A stretch of DNA of 64,000 nucleotides from Squalus acanthias (taxonomy: Eukaryota): NCBI GenBank assembly GCA_030390025.1, contig CM059430.1, positions 67,766,001-67,830,000 of the forward strand, written 5' to 3'. Within the stretch, counting starts at the first letter, position 1, and every line of letters starts with the position of its first letter. The notes beneath the pieces are model-generated. The model was not told where the DNA came from, made no database searches, and saw only the letters and a list, made by a program, of their open reading frames with translations. Shown here piece after piece: positions 24,831 through 37,769 of this stretch. The translations under genes were made by a program, and so were the position numbers.

Positions 24831-26318
24831 GGCCCGGAATTTGGGGTCGGAGACGTACCTCCGGTGTACGCCTCCGAGCAGCTAAAAATATCCGCACATA
24901 TTTTCAGGGCCCCAGGCTGCTGAGACTTTGGATCCTGGGCCGAAAGGCGTAGACCTGTGGATATGACAAACGATCCCAGGGACACAGGCGGTTGTGTGCT
25001 TGTGGTCACGTGGGCCTGGTCGTCAAATCAGAAAGGAGAATTCCTAATATGCTTAAAGGATTCCATTTCCGTATGGAATCCCCAGAAACATATTGGGCCA
25101 GAAATTCAGCTTTCAGGCTTCCTGCAGGTGCAAGCATCGCGCGCGTACTTGCCCATCGTGCCTGCCGTTGTGCTTTGGGCCCACGAGGACTTTGGGTCAT
25201 GGGCCTCCTCCAGCTGCCGGCGCGCAATTCTTGTGTATCCCTGGGGCGCAGTTAGTTGGAAGCGTCCCCTGGGATCACGTGGGCCATGGAGAGCCAATCC
25301 TAGCAGGGCATTTTCATTCATAGATTTGACAGGAAGACCTGTCAAATCTATGCATAGAGATCGGCCCCAAAACTACACTTAAACTTCAAATAAATTTGAA
25401 AAAAATCATTACATTTTTAAAATAACTATAAGTTAAATAAATTAACTACCTTAAACAAAAATTTAAATTTCTGAAAAAGTTAATTATACTTTGTAACGGT
25501 GCTAAAAATAAACTTACCTTTCTTTAAAGTATCTAAAAAAGATAAATCTGTTGAAAATTTTTTAAATTGTAATTAATTAACCACTTACCTTGTTAAAAAC
25601 AGGCCTTGCACCTCCATTTTAAAAGCGCAGCTTCTTCATACTTACCTTCCCGGAGAAACCTGAAAGAAAATTGAAGTTCGCTGCATGCGCGCAGCCTCTC
25701 CCGCACACGCGTTCGACATCTGACCCCACCCTTCAGGGGAACAGAAGTTCCGGTTTCCCGCGCATGTGCAGTGCATGCAGGAAACCGACACTTCAGATGG
25801 CCTTACGAGTGAGTACACAACGCGTACTCACCCGACAACAGCCGAATTTCTGGCCCAATAGGAATTCCCAAATAATTAAATAATTTATACACCTAGAATA
25901 AAAATAAAGGTTCTCATTTTCAAATTAAATTGAAAGTCACATCAATAAAGCAAATACAATTTAACGTAATATTTTGAGAAATAATTTTAAACATGTTAAT
26001 CCCGGCCAAAATTTACATAATTATTAATTTTTAATTTAAGATTTATATTAAACCTTACGCTCGTGAAAACTGGCCCTATGTCTATTTTTACCAGGTGTAA
26101 GGTTTTCGTGGGCATTTGCTGGACAATAGTTGGGCTAATAGCCCAACTCTGCATAAGCGAAAGTGATTTTCTATTCGGTTCGGTAGATCTGTCAAGATAA
26201 ACCTAGGCAGATTCCAAAGTCCATGTTTTCGCGCATATGCAGCGCATGTGGAAACCCAGAAATAGCAGGGCCTTTCCGAAGGATAAAATTCCGTCAGCGG
26301 AACCTCAGAATCCGGGCC
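24831..26318 (+). mobile_element. GGCCC-ended MITE with a second family member nested inside
   Basis: TIRs GGCCCGGAATT / AATCCGGGCC. ATA TSD at 24828-30 and 26319-21. Confidence 0.8.
25095..25856 (+). mobile_element. GGGCC-ended MITE (762 bp), nested
   Basis: TIRs GGGCCAGAAATTC / GAATTTCTGGCCC. Same internal layout as copy A (GATCACGTG, AGCCAAT, hairpin, AT-rich core, 3x ACTTACCT, GC-rich hairpins). Confidence 0.85.
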
Positions 26319-26401
26319 ATAGAGTCTACAGCACTGAAACAGGCCATTCAGCCTAACTGGTCTATGCGAGCGTTTATGCTCCACATGAGCCTCCTCCCAC
26401 C

Positions 26402-26788
26402 CAGAGATGTGAACACAAAAATCTAGGCTGAAACTCGAATGCAGTATTGAAGGGGTGTTGCATTGTCTTTCAGATGAGACGTTAAAACAATGCCCCGTCT
26501 GCACTCTCAGGTGGATGTAAAAGGTCCCATGGCATGATTTAGAAGAAGAGCATTAAAGTAATTCCCGGTGTCCTGGTCAATATCTATTCCTCAATCAACA
26601 TTACAAACAAAACAGATTTTCTGGTCATTATAACAATGCTGTTTGTGGGAGCTTGCTGTGCACTAATTGGCTGCCAGGTTTCCTACATTATACCAGTAAC
26701 TACACGTCAGAACTATTTCATTGAATGTAAAGTGTATTGGGTAGTCCTGAGGTCGTGAAAGGCGCTATATAAATGCAAGCCATTCTTT
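26402..26788 (+). mobile_element. Deu-type SINE, 5'-truncated
   Basis: Core CTTTCAGATGAGACGTTAAA...GGTCCCATGGCA and tail GGCGCTATATAAATGCAAG. Further fragments at about 40095-40505 (-) and 62335-62452 (-). Confidence 0.8.
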
Positions 26789-26809
26789 TATTGTTTTCTT
26801 CATCGAAAG

Positions 26810-27200
26810 ATCATTAGCCCATCCTTCTATTACTTTTTTCCTCGTGTGCTATCTAACTGTCCCTTAAATGCATCTATGCTATTTGCTTAACCTACTCCTT
26901 GTGGTATCACTCTCCATATTCTTACCACTCTTTTGGTAATAAGGTTCTTCTGAATCAACTACTGGATTTTTTAGAGGCACTCCTTTATTTATGACCTCTA
27001 GTTTTGGATTCCCCTTCAAGTGCAATCTTTTTCTCTACGTCTACCCCATCAACTCCTTTCATAATCGTAAAGACATCTATCAGATCCCCCCTCAGCCTTG
27101 TCTTTTCTAAAGAAAAGAGACCTGGCCTGTTCAGCCTTTTGTGATAAGTATATCCTCTCAGTTCTAGTATCAGCATTGCGAATCCTTTTTGCACTGGTAT
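26810..27200 (-). mobile_element. Old CR1 3' fragment
   Basis: GLFSLEKTRLRGDLIDVF...SKTRGHK. Confidence 0.75.
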
Positions 27201-28772
27201 AGATATTTCCATTATCTGGTACAGCTATTCCCATCTCCCTCGTATATGTCCGCCCCTGCATGGCCACTGAATAGAAAATTCGTCTCTAATTACGAATTAT
27301 CTTTTTCTGTTGTAGGCACTTCCCCTTTAGAAATTGGTCTACAAACGTCTCAAACGCGTTTCATGTAGGAAGCTCTGGGAGGAATAGAATAGAATTGGGG
27401 ACTTCGATCGCTTCACGCGGGCATGCTTCACTTAGAGGTGGAATTATTGAAAGTATAATATATTAACCCAGCACAACAGCTGGTTGTTCACACTTTATAT
27501 ATTTCATTGTCTGTTGTTCCGTGACTGATCTCACTGAAGACAGATGTTAAACTGTTCGGCCAGCGGCAGAATCTCAGTGCTTTTTCCTTCAGTACCATCC
27601 CTTTCCAGGATTCCCGCTCAGGATCAAACTGACAATGCACAACCTAGCAAGTGCATATCTCACCTGAGCTTCGAGTACTGCATCCAGCCAGTGACCAAGA
27701 CTACTTACTAATAGCACGTGTCCCAATCCCTATTTCGTCTTCACTGCCACGAAAACTCTCATGCGCAACTTTGCCACCTATAGACTGGACTTTCCCAAGG
27801 CTCTCACAGCCAGTTTCTAAGTTCCAACCTCCAAGCACTGATTGAGACCTCCAGTGTGACAATCTTAACTTGCTAATTGCCAATCACCAATATCCCGTCT
27901 GAATAATTGTTGCCATATGGATCTCGGTTAAATCAGCTTCCAAAAGGTGTTCATGTTTAGTTCATTCAATATAGGGAAAAATATGGTTGGCATCATTAGG
28001 GAGAGAGTGAGAGAGATACAGATTTCACTTTGCAACAATTAGCGTTCGTAACCAACCGGCCTTGGATATGTTTATAATAGAATGTTTAGATTAGAATTGT
28101 TATGTTAAGAATGTCTAGAGACTAGAAGTGCTGTGCTTACCACAGCAAGGCCACGGTGTTTTACGTGTATCTAACATTGTTGATGTATGTTGAAGAAAAT
28201 GTAGACTTGTTTCTCTGGACTATGCAGTAGGAGGAGACTTCCATATTAGGCAATGCCAGTTCCAGTTTGATAAGAAAACAATGTATAAATATAAGTTTGT
28301 TCCTTTGTTCAAGCAGCATGAGAAAGTACCTATGTTTAGGTTTACGTGCTTTATTTGTGACTATACTCTGCTTGCAAATTGCTTGTTATGCTGAAGTTGA
28401 AGAATAAAATAATTATAACAAGAAGACTGAATTCATTACTACTCAAGTGAACATCAGAACACTATTTACGCCAACAATAATGAGCCCCTGTGCCTCCAGG
28501 GGTAGACTTCAAATTCCTCATCCTTATCTACAAATGCCTCCATAATATCACTGCACTCCATCCTTCCTCCTCCCTTGCTCTCATTTTAGGCTTTCCATGT
28601 CCACACATCCCATTCTCCCCCATACCCTGCCATCTGTGGCAGAGTCCTCAGTCATCTGGAATTCGGCACTATTTACTTCTCTTCCAAAACATTCTGCCCT
28701 ACTGCATCTTGTCCACTATCAAACTGAACTCTGGGATGGAACCACGGACCAGCTCCTCCAAAGTCCTTCTAG

Positions 28773-29638
28773 GAAATAGGAGCAGGAGTAGGCCAAACAG
28801 CCCATCGAACATGCAATAAGTTCATAGCTGAAATTCTACGTCAACTCCACTCTCCCGCCCGATCCCCATATCCCTTGATTCCCTTAATGCCCAAAAATCT
28901 ATCGATCTCAGTCTTGATATACACATCGACTGAGAATCAACCGCCAGCTCGGGTAGAGAATTCCACAGATTCACAACCCTCTGAGTGAGGAATTTCTCCT
29001 CATCGCAGTCCTAAATAGCCGACTATTATTCAGAAATTATGATCCCTAGTTCTAGACTCTCCAGCCAGGGAAAACAATCTCTCAGCATCTACACTGTCAA
29101 GCCCTCTAAGAATTTTATACGTTTCAAAATAACTCCAGAGAATATAGACACATTCTGGTCAACCTTTCCACAGAGGACAGCACTCACATCCCAGGAATCA
29201 AGCTAGTGAACCTTTATTGCACCCTCTAAGGCAAGTATATCCTTCCTTAGGTAAGGAGACCAAAACTGTACACAGTACTCCAGGTCCGGTCTCACCAATG
29301 CCCTATAAAATTGGAGCAAGCCATCCTTACTTATATAATCCAGCCCACTTGCAAGAAAGCCGATCATACCATTTGCCAAAAATGACCTACTCTCTGTTGT
29401 CTGGCCGTTAACCAATCCTCAATCCATGGTAATTTCAAACCCCCAAATCCCATGAGCCTAATCTCGTGTAACAACCACTTGTGTGGCACCTTATCAAATG
29501 CCTTCAGGAAATCCAAATATACTGCACATACTGGTTTCCCCTTATCTACCCTGCTAGGTACACCCCAAAGGAAACTAATAGATTTGTCAAACACAGATTT
29601 CCTTTCGGAAAGTTGTGTTGACTCTGCATAATCATATT
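28773..29638 (-). mobile_element. CR1 fragment (outermost layer of the nest; continues at 37946-38540)
   Basis: YLDFLKAFDKVPH, RPDLEYC and 3'UTR. The sequence resumes colinearly after the MITE TSD at 37946. Confidence 0.85.
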
Positions 29639-30957
29639 GGCCAGTATTTTCCGATCGCAGTCCTCCCGCGGGCGGAGGCCTGCGATCGGTAAAAATCTGA
29701 ACCCTTCCCTGAGGGCACCCGGGACGCGCACAGTTCCGATGCTGGGCCTCACCAAGCTCCAAGTGCGCAGGGCCCAGGTATCCCAGAGGTGCATGTAGTT
29801 CGCACGTCCCTGGAATCACGTGGGCCATGGGGAGCCAATCACAGAAGGGAATCTCCCTTCATACATTTGACAGGATGACCTGTCAAATATATGAATGGAG
29901 ATCAATGAAAAAACATAGTAATACTTTAAAAATATATATGTTTTAAATCACATTTTTAAAATGACTGGAAATTACAATAAATTAAGTATTTTATTCAAAA
30001 AATGTATCTTTTCAAAACAATAATTAAAGTATTTTATGGGACTAAAAATAAACTTACCTTTTTTAAAGTATTTGTAAATGATAAATCAGTGAAAACATGT
30101 TTTTAAGCAGGCGTAAGAATTGTAAGGGTTTTCTGCGGGTGGAGGGTCTCCAAAAAGTGGAACTATTTGAACATAAGAACATAAGAACATAAGAAATAGG
30201 AGCAGGAGTAGGCCAATCGGCCCTCGAGCCTGCTCCGCCATTCAATAATATCATGGCTGATCTGATCCTAACCTCAAATCTAAAGAACACAAGAAGTAGG
30301 AGCAGGACCCGGCCACTCAGCTCCTGGGCCCGCTCCGCCACCCACAGGGCCCTGACCGATCCGAAATCAGCCTCATGTCCAATTTCCTGCCCACTCACCG
30401 TAACCCCTAATTCCCTTTACCTCTAGGAAACTATCTATTGCTGTTTTAAATTTATTTAATGATGTAGCTTCCACAGCTTCCTGGGGCAGCTAATTCCTCA
30501 GACCTACTACCCTCTGGGTGAAGAAGTTTCTCCTCATCTCAGTTCTGAAAGAGCAGCCCCTTATTCTAAGATTATGCCCCCTAGTTCTAGTTTCACCCAT
30601 CCTTGGGAACATCCTTATCGCATCCACCTGATCAAGCCCCTTCACAATCTTATATATTTCAATAAGATCGCCACTCATTCTTCTGAACTCCAATGAGTAG
30701 AGTCCCAATCTACTCAACCTCTCCTCATATGTCCACCCCCTCATCCCCGGGATTAACCGAGTTAACTTTCTTTGTACTGCCTCGAGAGCAAGTATGTATT
30801 TTCTTAAGTATGGACACCAAAACTGTATGCAGTATTCCAGGTGCGGTCTCAGCAATACCTCCCTGTTTTTATAATCTATCCCCCTAGCAATAAAAGCCAA
30901 CATTCCGTAGGTCTTCTTGATCACCTGCTGCACCTGCATACTAACTTTTTGATTTTA

Positions 30958-33900
30958 ACATAAGAACATAAGAACATAAGAAATAGGAGCAGGAGTAGGC
31001 CAATTGGCCCCTCGAGCCTGCTCCGCCATTCAATAAGATCATGGCTGATCTGATCCTAACCACCAATCTACTATCACATAACCATCTCCTGAACCTAACA
31101 GAATTGGACACACGAAATAGGAGCAGGATCAGGCTACACGGCCCCTGGGCCCTCTACGCTACCAACAGGGCCATGACCGATCCGAACCTAGACTCATGTC
31201 CAAATTCCTGCCCGCTCCCCGTAACCCTTAATTCCCTTTACTTCTAGGAAACTGTCTATTTCTGTTTTAAATTTATGTAATGATGTAGCTTCTACAGCTT
31301 TTTGGGGCAGCATATTCCATGGACTTACCACCCTCTGAGTGAAGTAGCTCCTTCTCATCTCAGTTTTGAAAGAACAGCCCCTTATTCTAAGTCTATGCCC
31401 CCTAGTTCTAGTTTCACCCATCATCGGGAACATTCTCCCCGCATCCACCCGATCCAACCCCTTCACAATCTTATATGTTTCAATAAGATCACCTCTCATT
31501 CTTCTGAACTCCAGTGAGTAGAGTCCCAATCTACCCAACCTCTCCTCATATGTCCATCCCCTCATCCCCGGGATTAACGGAGTGAACCTTCTTTCCACTG
31601 ACTCGAGAGCAAGTATGTCTTTTCTTAAGTATGGACACCAAAACTGTATGCAGTATTCCAGGTGCGGTCTCACCGATACCTTGTACAACTGAAGCAATAC
31701 CTCCCTATTTTTATATTCTATCCCCTTAGCAATGAAAGACAACATTCCATTGGCCTTCTTAATCATTTGCTGCACCTGCATACTAACCTTTTGAGTTTCG
31801 TGCACCAGGACCCCCAGATCCCTTTGTACTTCAGTACTTTCCAGTTTCTTGCCATTAAGATAATAACTTGCTCTACTATTTTTCCTGACAAAGTGCATAA
31901 TCTCACACTTTCCAGTATTGTATTCCATCTGCCAAATCTCTGCCCACTTATTTAGCCTGTCTATGTCCCCTTGCAGATTTTTTATGTCCTCCTCACTCAC
32001 TACTTTCCCTCCCATCTGCAAACTTTGTTATGTTACACTTGGTCCCCTCCTCCAAATCGTTAATATAGATTGTAAAGAGTTGGGGACCCAGCACTGACCC
32101 CTGCGGAACACCACTAGTTACTGATTGCCAGTCCGAGAATGAACCATTTATCCCAACTCTCTGCCTTCTGTTAGTTAGCCAATCCTCTATCCATGCCAGA
32201 ATATCACCCCCAATCACGTGATTTTTTTTCTTAAGCAATAATCTTTTGTGTGGCAACTTGTCAAATGCATTTTGGAAGTCTAAATACACCACATCCACTG
32301 ATTCCCCTTTATCCACCCTGTGTGTTACTTCCTCAAAGAACTCCAGCAAATTTGTCAAACATGACTTCCCCTTCATAAAACCATGCTGACTTTGTCCTAT
32401 TAAGTTATGATTATCCAAATGTCCCGTTACTGTCTCCTTAATAATGGACTCCACAATTTTACCTACCACAGATGTTAGGCTAACCGGTCTATAGTTTTCA
32501 GCCTTCTGTCTATTGCCCTTTTTAAAGAAGGGTGTTACATTAGCAGTTTTCCAGTCTGCCGGGATCTTTGCTGAGTCCAGGGAGTTTTGGAAAATTATTA
32601 CCAATGCATCCACAATTCCTCCCGCCACTTCCCTCAAGACCCGAGGATGTAAGCCATCAGGTCCAGGTGATTTATCCGCCTTGAGTCCCATTATTTTACT
32701 GAGTACCACTTCCTTAGTGATTTTGATCGTGTTTAGCTCCTCCCCCCCTATAGCCCCCTGTTTGTCCAGTGTTGGGATATTCTTAGTGTCCTCTACTGTA
32801 AAGACTGATACAAAATACTCATTCAGTGTATTTTCCATCTCCATATTTCCCACCATTAATTTCCCGGTCTCATCCTCTAAGGGACCAACATTTACTTTAG
32901 CACCCCTTTTTCTTTTTATATAACTATAAAAACTCTTACTATCTGTTTTTATATTATTTGCTAATTTACTTTCATAATCTATCTTCCCTTTCTTAATAAA
33001 TCTTTTTGTTATTTTTTGCTGTCTTTTAAAGTTTTCCCAATCCTCTATCTTCCCACTAGATTTGGCTACCTTATAAGCCCTTGTTTTTCGTCGAATACTA
33101 TCCTTAATTTCTTTACTTAGCCACGGATGACTGTCTTTTCTTTTACACCCTTTTCTTCTCAGTGGAATATATATTTTTTGGAAGTTGTAAAATAACTCCG
33201 TAATTGTACACCACTGATCATGTATCGTCTTTCCCTTTAATCTATTTTCCCAATCGACTCTACTTAATTCCACTCGCATACCTGCAAACTCTCCTTTATT
33301 CAAGCTTAGCACGCTTGTTTGAGATCCAACCTTCTCACCCTCTAATTGAATATGGAATTCAACCAAGTTATAGTCACTCATTCCAAGGGGATCCTTTACT
33401 AGGACATTTTTAATTAATCCTGTCTCGTTACACAGGACCAGATCTAAGGTTGCTTGCCCCCTGGTCGGTTCAGTTACATACTGCTCAAGAAACCCATCCC
33501 TAATACACTCAATGAACTCATCCTCAAGGCAGCCCTGCCCAATTTGATTTGTCCAATTAATATGATAGGTAAAATTCCCCATAAATATAGATGTTCCCTT
33601 ATTACAAGCCTCAACTATTTCCTGATTGATACTCCGTCCAACACAGTTGGAACCATTTGCAGGCCTATAGACTACGCCCGCTACCGTTTTTTTCCCCTTT
33701 TTATTCCTTATCTCCACCCAAACTGTTTCATTATCCTTATCTTTTGACCCAATATCATTTCTCTGTATTACAGTGATTCCTTCCTTTATTAACATAGCCA
33801 CCCCACCTCCCCTTCCTTCCTGCCTGTCCTTCCTGATCGTTAAATAACCTGGTATGTTTAATTCCCAGGCATTGTCACCCTGCAGCCATGTTTCTGTAAT

Positions 33901-34077
33901 AGCCACAAGATCATACCCATATGTAGTTATTTGTGCCATTAACTCGTCTATTTTGTTACGAATGCTACGTGCATTCAGATAGAGAACTTTCAAATATGTT
34001 TTGTGACACTTAGTTCCTGCTTTTGACCTTTTTATTACTTTACCTTTTACTCCATACTTTCTGCCCCTTCCTGACAC
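30958..34077 (-). mobile_element. 5'-truncated CR1 with nearly complete ORF2, nested in the outer CR1
   Basis: A 694-aa ORF (31993-34077) and a 275-aa ORF (31194-32021) are separated by one small deletion at the FADD motif. Own 3' tail at 30958. ATTTTA duplicated at 30952-57 and 34078-83. Confidence 0.92.
31194..34077 (-). pseudogene. CR1 ORF2p (endonuclease plus reverse transcriptase), single frameshift
   Basis: [47 protein letters not shown]; C-terminal RPHLEYC...TRGH...FTQRVV. Confidence 0.92.
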
Positions 34078-34080
34078 ATT

Positions 34081-36370
34081 TTATTGCACTAGGACCCCCA
34101 GATCCCATGGTACTGCAGCACTTTCCAGTTTCTCGCCATTAAGATAATAACTTGCTCTCTGATTTCTCCTGCCAAAGTGCATAACCTCACATTTTCCAAT
34201 ATTGTATTGCATCTGCCAAATCTCCGCCCACTCACCCAGCCTGTCTATATCCCCTTGTAGGTTTTTTATGTCCTCCTCACTTTCTACTTTCCCTCCCATC
34301 TTTGTATCATCTGCAAACATTGATATGTTACACTCGGTCCCCTCCTCCAAATCGTTAATATAGATTGTAAAGAGTTGGGGACCCAGCCCCGACGCCTGCG
34401 GAACACCACTGGTTACTGGTTGCCAGTCCGAGAATGAACCATTTATCCCAACTCTCTGCTTCCTGTTAGATAACCAATCCTCCACCCATGCCAGAATATT
34501 ACCCCCAATCCAGTGATTTTTTTATCTTGAGCAATAATATTTTATGTGGCACCTTGCCGAATGCCTTCTGGAAGTCTAAATACACTACGTCCACTGGTTC
34601 CCCTTTATCCACCCTGTACGTTATGTCCTCAAAGAACTCAAGCAAATTTGTCAGACATGACTTCCCCTTCATTAAGCCATGCTGACTTTGCCCTATTAAA
34701 TTATGTTTATCTAAATGTTCCATTATTGTCTTCTTAATAATAGACTCCAAAATTTTACACACCACAGATGTTAGGCTAACTGGTCTATAATTTCCAGCCT
34801 TCTGCCTACTACCCTTTTTAAACAAGGGTGTTACATTAGCAGTTTTCCAATCTGCCGGGACCTTTGCTGAGTCCAGGGAATTTTGGAATATTGTTACCAA
34901 AGCATCCACAATCCCTACTGCCACTTCCCTCAAGACCCTAGGATGTAAGCCATCAGGTCCAGGGGATTTATCCGCCTTGAGTCCCATTATTTTACTGAGT
35001 ACCAATTCCTTAGTGATTTTAATCGTATTTAGCTCCTACCCCCCTAGAGCCCCTGTTTGTCCAGTGTTGGGATATTCTTAGTGTCCTCTACCGTAAAGAC
35101 TGAAACAAAATATTTGTTCAGCATTTTTGCCATCTCCATGTTTCCCACCATTAATTTCCCGGTCTCATCCTCTAAGGGACCTATGTTTGCCTTAGCCACC
35201 CTTTTTCTTTTTATATAACTATAGAAACTAGTGCTATCCGTTTTTATAATTTTTGCAAATTTATTTTCATAATCTATCTAACCTTTCTTAATCAATCCTT
35301 TAGTTACTTTTTGCTGTCTTTTGGAGACTTCCCAATCTTGTATCCTCCCACTAAGTTTGGCTACCTTATATGTCCTTGTTTTATTCGGATACTATCCTTA
35401 ATTTCTTTACTAAGCCACGGATGGCTGTCATTTCTTTTACGCCCTTTTTTCCTCAGTGGAATATATTTCTTTTGAAAGTTGTAAAATAACTCCTTAAATG
35501 AACACCACTGCTCATGTACCGTCATACCCTTTAACCTATTTCCCCATTCCACTTTAATCCATGCCGCTCTCATACCATCAAAGTCTCCTTTATTCAAGCT
35601 CAGTACGCTTGTTTGAGAACCAACCTTCTCACCCTCTAATTGGATATGGAATTCAACCATGTTATGGTCACTTATTGCAAGCGTATCCTTAACTAGGACA
35701 TTATTAATGAATCCTGACTCATTACACAGGACCAGTTCCAAGGTTGCTTGCCCCCTTGTAGGATCAGTTGCATACTGCTCAAGAAATCCATCCCTAATAC
35801 ACTCAATAAACTCTTCCTCAAGGATACCCTGCCCGATTTGATTTGTCCAGTTAATATGATAGTTAAAATCCCCCATAATTATAGCTGTTCCCTTATTACA
35901 TGCCCCAACTATTTCCTGATTAATACTTCTTCCAGCAGAGTTGCAACTGTTCGGAGGCCTATATACTACTCCCACTAATGTTTTTTTACCCTTATTATTT
36001 CTTATCTCCACCCAAACTGTTTCATTATCCTGATCCTTTGACCCAATATCATTTCTCTGTAATACAGTGATTCCTTCCTTAATTAACATAGCCACCCCAC
36101 ATCCCCTTCCTTCCAGCCTGTCCTTCCTGATTGTTAAATACCCTGGCATATTTAGTTCCCTGTCGTTGTCACCCTACAGCCATGTTTCTGTAATGGCCAC
36201 AAGATCATACCCATACGTAGTTATTTGTGCCGTTAATTCATCCATTTTCTTACGAATGCTACGTGCATTCAGCTAAAGAACTTTCAAATATGTTTTGTGA
36301 CACTTAGTTCCTGCTCTTTCCTTTTTTAACACTTCACCTTTTACTCCATAACTTCTGTCCCTTCCTGACA
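34081..36370 (-). pseudogene. CR1 ORF2p (APE endonuclease plus RT), outer element, frameshifted
   Basis: GVVYRPP, IMGDFN, SDHNMV (endonuclease); [31 protein letters not shown] (RT). Confidence 0.9.
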
Positions 36371-36420
36371 CGCTTTCCTCTGTCTCCCTGCTTAGGTGCC
36401 CAAACCCCTTCCACTTCAGT

Positions 36421-37364
36421 TTAACCCTCCCCAACAGCACTAGCAAACACTCCCCCGAGGACAGTGTTCCCGGCCCTGCCCAGGTGCAGACCGTCCGGTT
36501 TGTACTGGTCCCACCTCCCCCAGAACCGGTTCCAATGTTCCAGGAATTTGAATCCCTCCCCCTTGCACCATTCCTCTAGCCACGTATTCATTTGAAATAT
36601 CCTCCTATTTCTACTCTGACTAGCACGTGGCACTGGTAGCAATCCTGAGATTAATACCTTGAGGTCCTATTTTTTAATTTACCTCCGAACTCCCTATATT
36701 CTGCTTTTAGGACATCATCCCCTTTTTTACCTATATCGTTGGTGCCTATGTGCACCACGACAGCTGGCTGTTCGCCCTCCCCCTCCAAAATGTTCTGTAG
36801 CCGCTCTGAGACGTCCTTGACCCTTGCACCAGGGAGGCAACACACCATCCTGGAGTCTCGGTTGCGGCCGCTGAAACGCCTATCTATTCCCCTTACAATT
36901 GAGTCCCCTATCACTATAGCTCTTCCACTTTTTTTCCTCCCAGCCTGTGCAGCAGAGCCACCCATGGTGCCAGGAAGTTGTCAGCTGCTGCCTTCCCCTG
37001 ATAAGTCATCCCCCCCAACAGTATTCAAAGTGGTATATCTGTTTGAGAGGGGGATGTCCACAGGGGACCCCTGCACTACCTGCCTGCACCTCTTACTCTG
37101 CCTGGTGGTCACCTATTTACTTCCTGCCTGTACACCCGTTGCCTGCGGTGTGACCAACTCGCTAAACGTGCTATTCACGAGGTTCTCAGCATCGCAAATG
37201 CTCGAATACGCATCCAATTGCAGCTCTAGCGCTGTACTGCTGTCTGCCAGTAGCTGTAGCTGGATACACATCCCGCACACATGGTTGTCAAGGACATCAG
37301 AAGGGTCCCTGATTTCCCACATAGCACAGGAGGAGCATACCACGGGGCCGAGCTCTCCTGCCAT
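36421..37364 (-). pseudogene. CR1 ORF1p: N-terminal Cys-rich zinc finger plus SGNH/GDSL esterase domain, frameshifted
   Basis: VCSSCAMWE...HVCGMC; IVIGDSIVRG, CLPGA, VVVHIGTND, PDGLHL (SGNH blocks I, II, III, V). An esterase in ORF1 is known for the CR1 clade. Confidence 0.88.
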
Positions 37365-37621
37365 GACTTACCCTTTAATTCATTCAAATTAAATTAAAAC
37401 AAATCAATCCCACCAATTGCACTACAGTTAAATGATATACTTAATGGCCCTGGTTTACCAACAGTCCCCGCTACACCACAGAGAGCTTAGAAACTATAAA
37501 CCACAGAGTTTAAGTTTAAAAAGAGAGAAATATTCACCAACCAATCACTTACCTGCTTTCTGGTGACGTCACACTTCGATTACTTTTTACTTCTCTCCCT
37601 CCGAGCTCAGAGATTGGTAAG

Positions 37622-37769
37622 CCTACCTGGTCTCTGCCGTCTCTTAATCCTCGCCGCCGCCGCCTGGTTCCCCGCAGGTCCGCCGCCACTCTGAGGCCTT
37701 CCTGGTCTCTGCCGCCTCTTAAACCTCGCCGCCGCCTGGTTCCCTGCAGGTCCGCCGCCGCTCTGAGGC
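37622..37769 (-). repeat. Two GC-rich ~73-bp tandem units at the CR1 5' end
   Basis: CCTGGTCTCTGCCG(T/C)CTCTTAA...CCTCGCCGCCGCCTGGTTCCC...GCAGGTCCGCCGCC...CTCTGAGGCC occurs twice. Confidence 0.85.

Larger units (their letters stand above)
30171..37766 (-). mobile_element. Near-full-length CR1 LINE (5'UTR, ORF1, ORF2, 3'UTR with (TTCTTATG)n tail), interrupted by a second CR1
   Basis: ORF1 pieces at 36421-37364, ORF2 pieces at 34081-36370 and 30490-30951, tail at 30171-30195. Confidence 0.92.
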
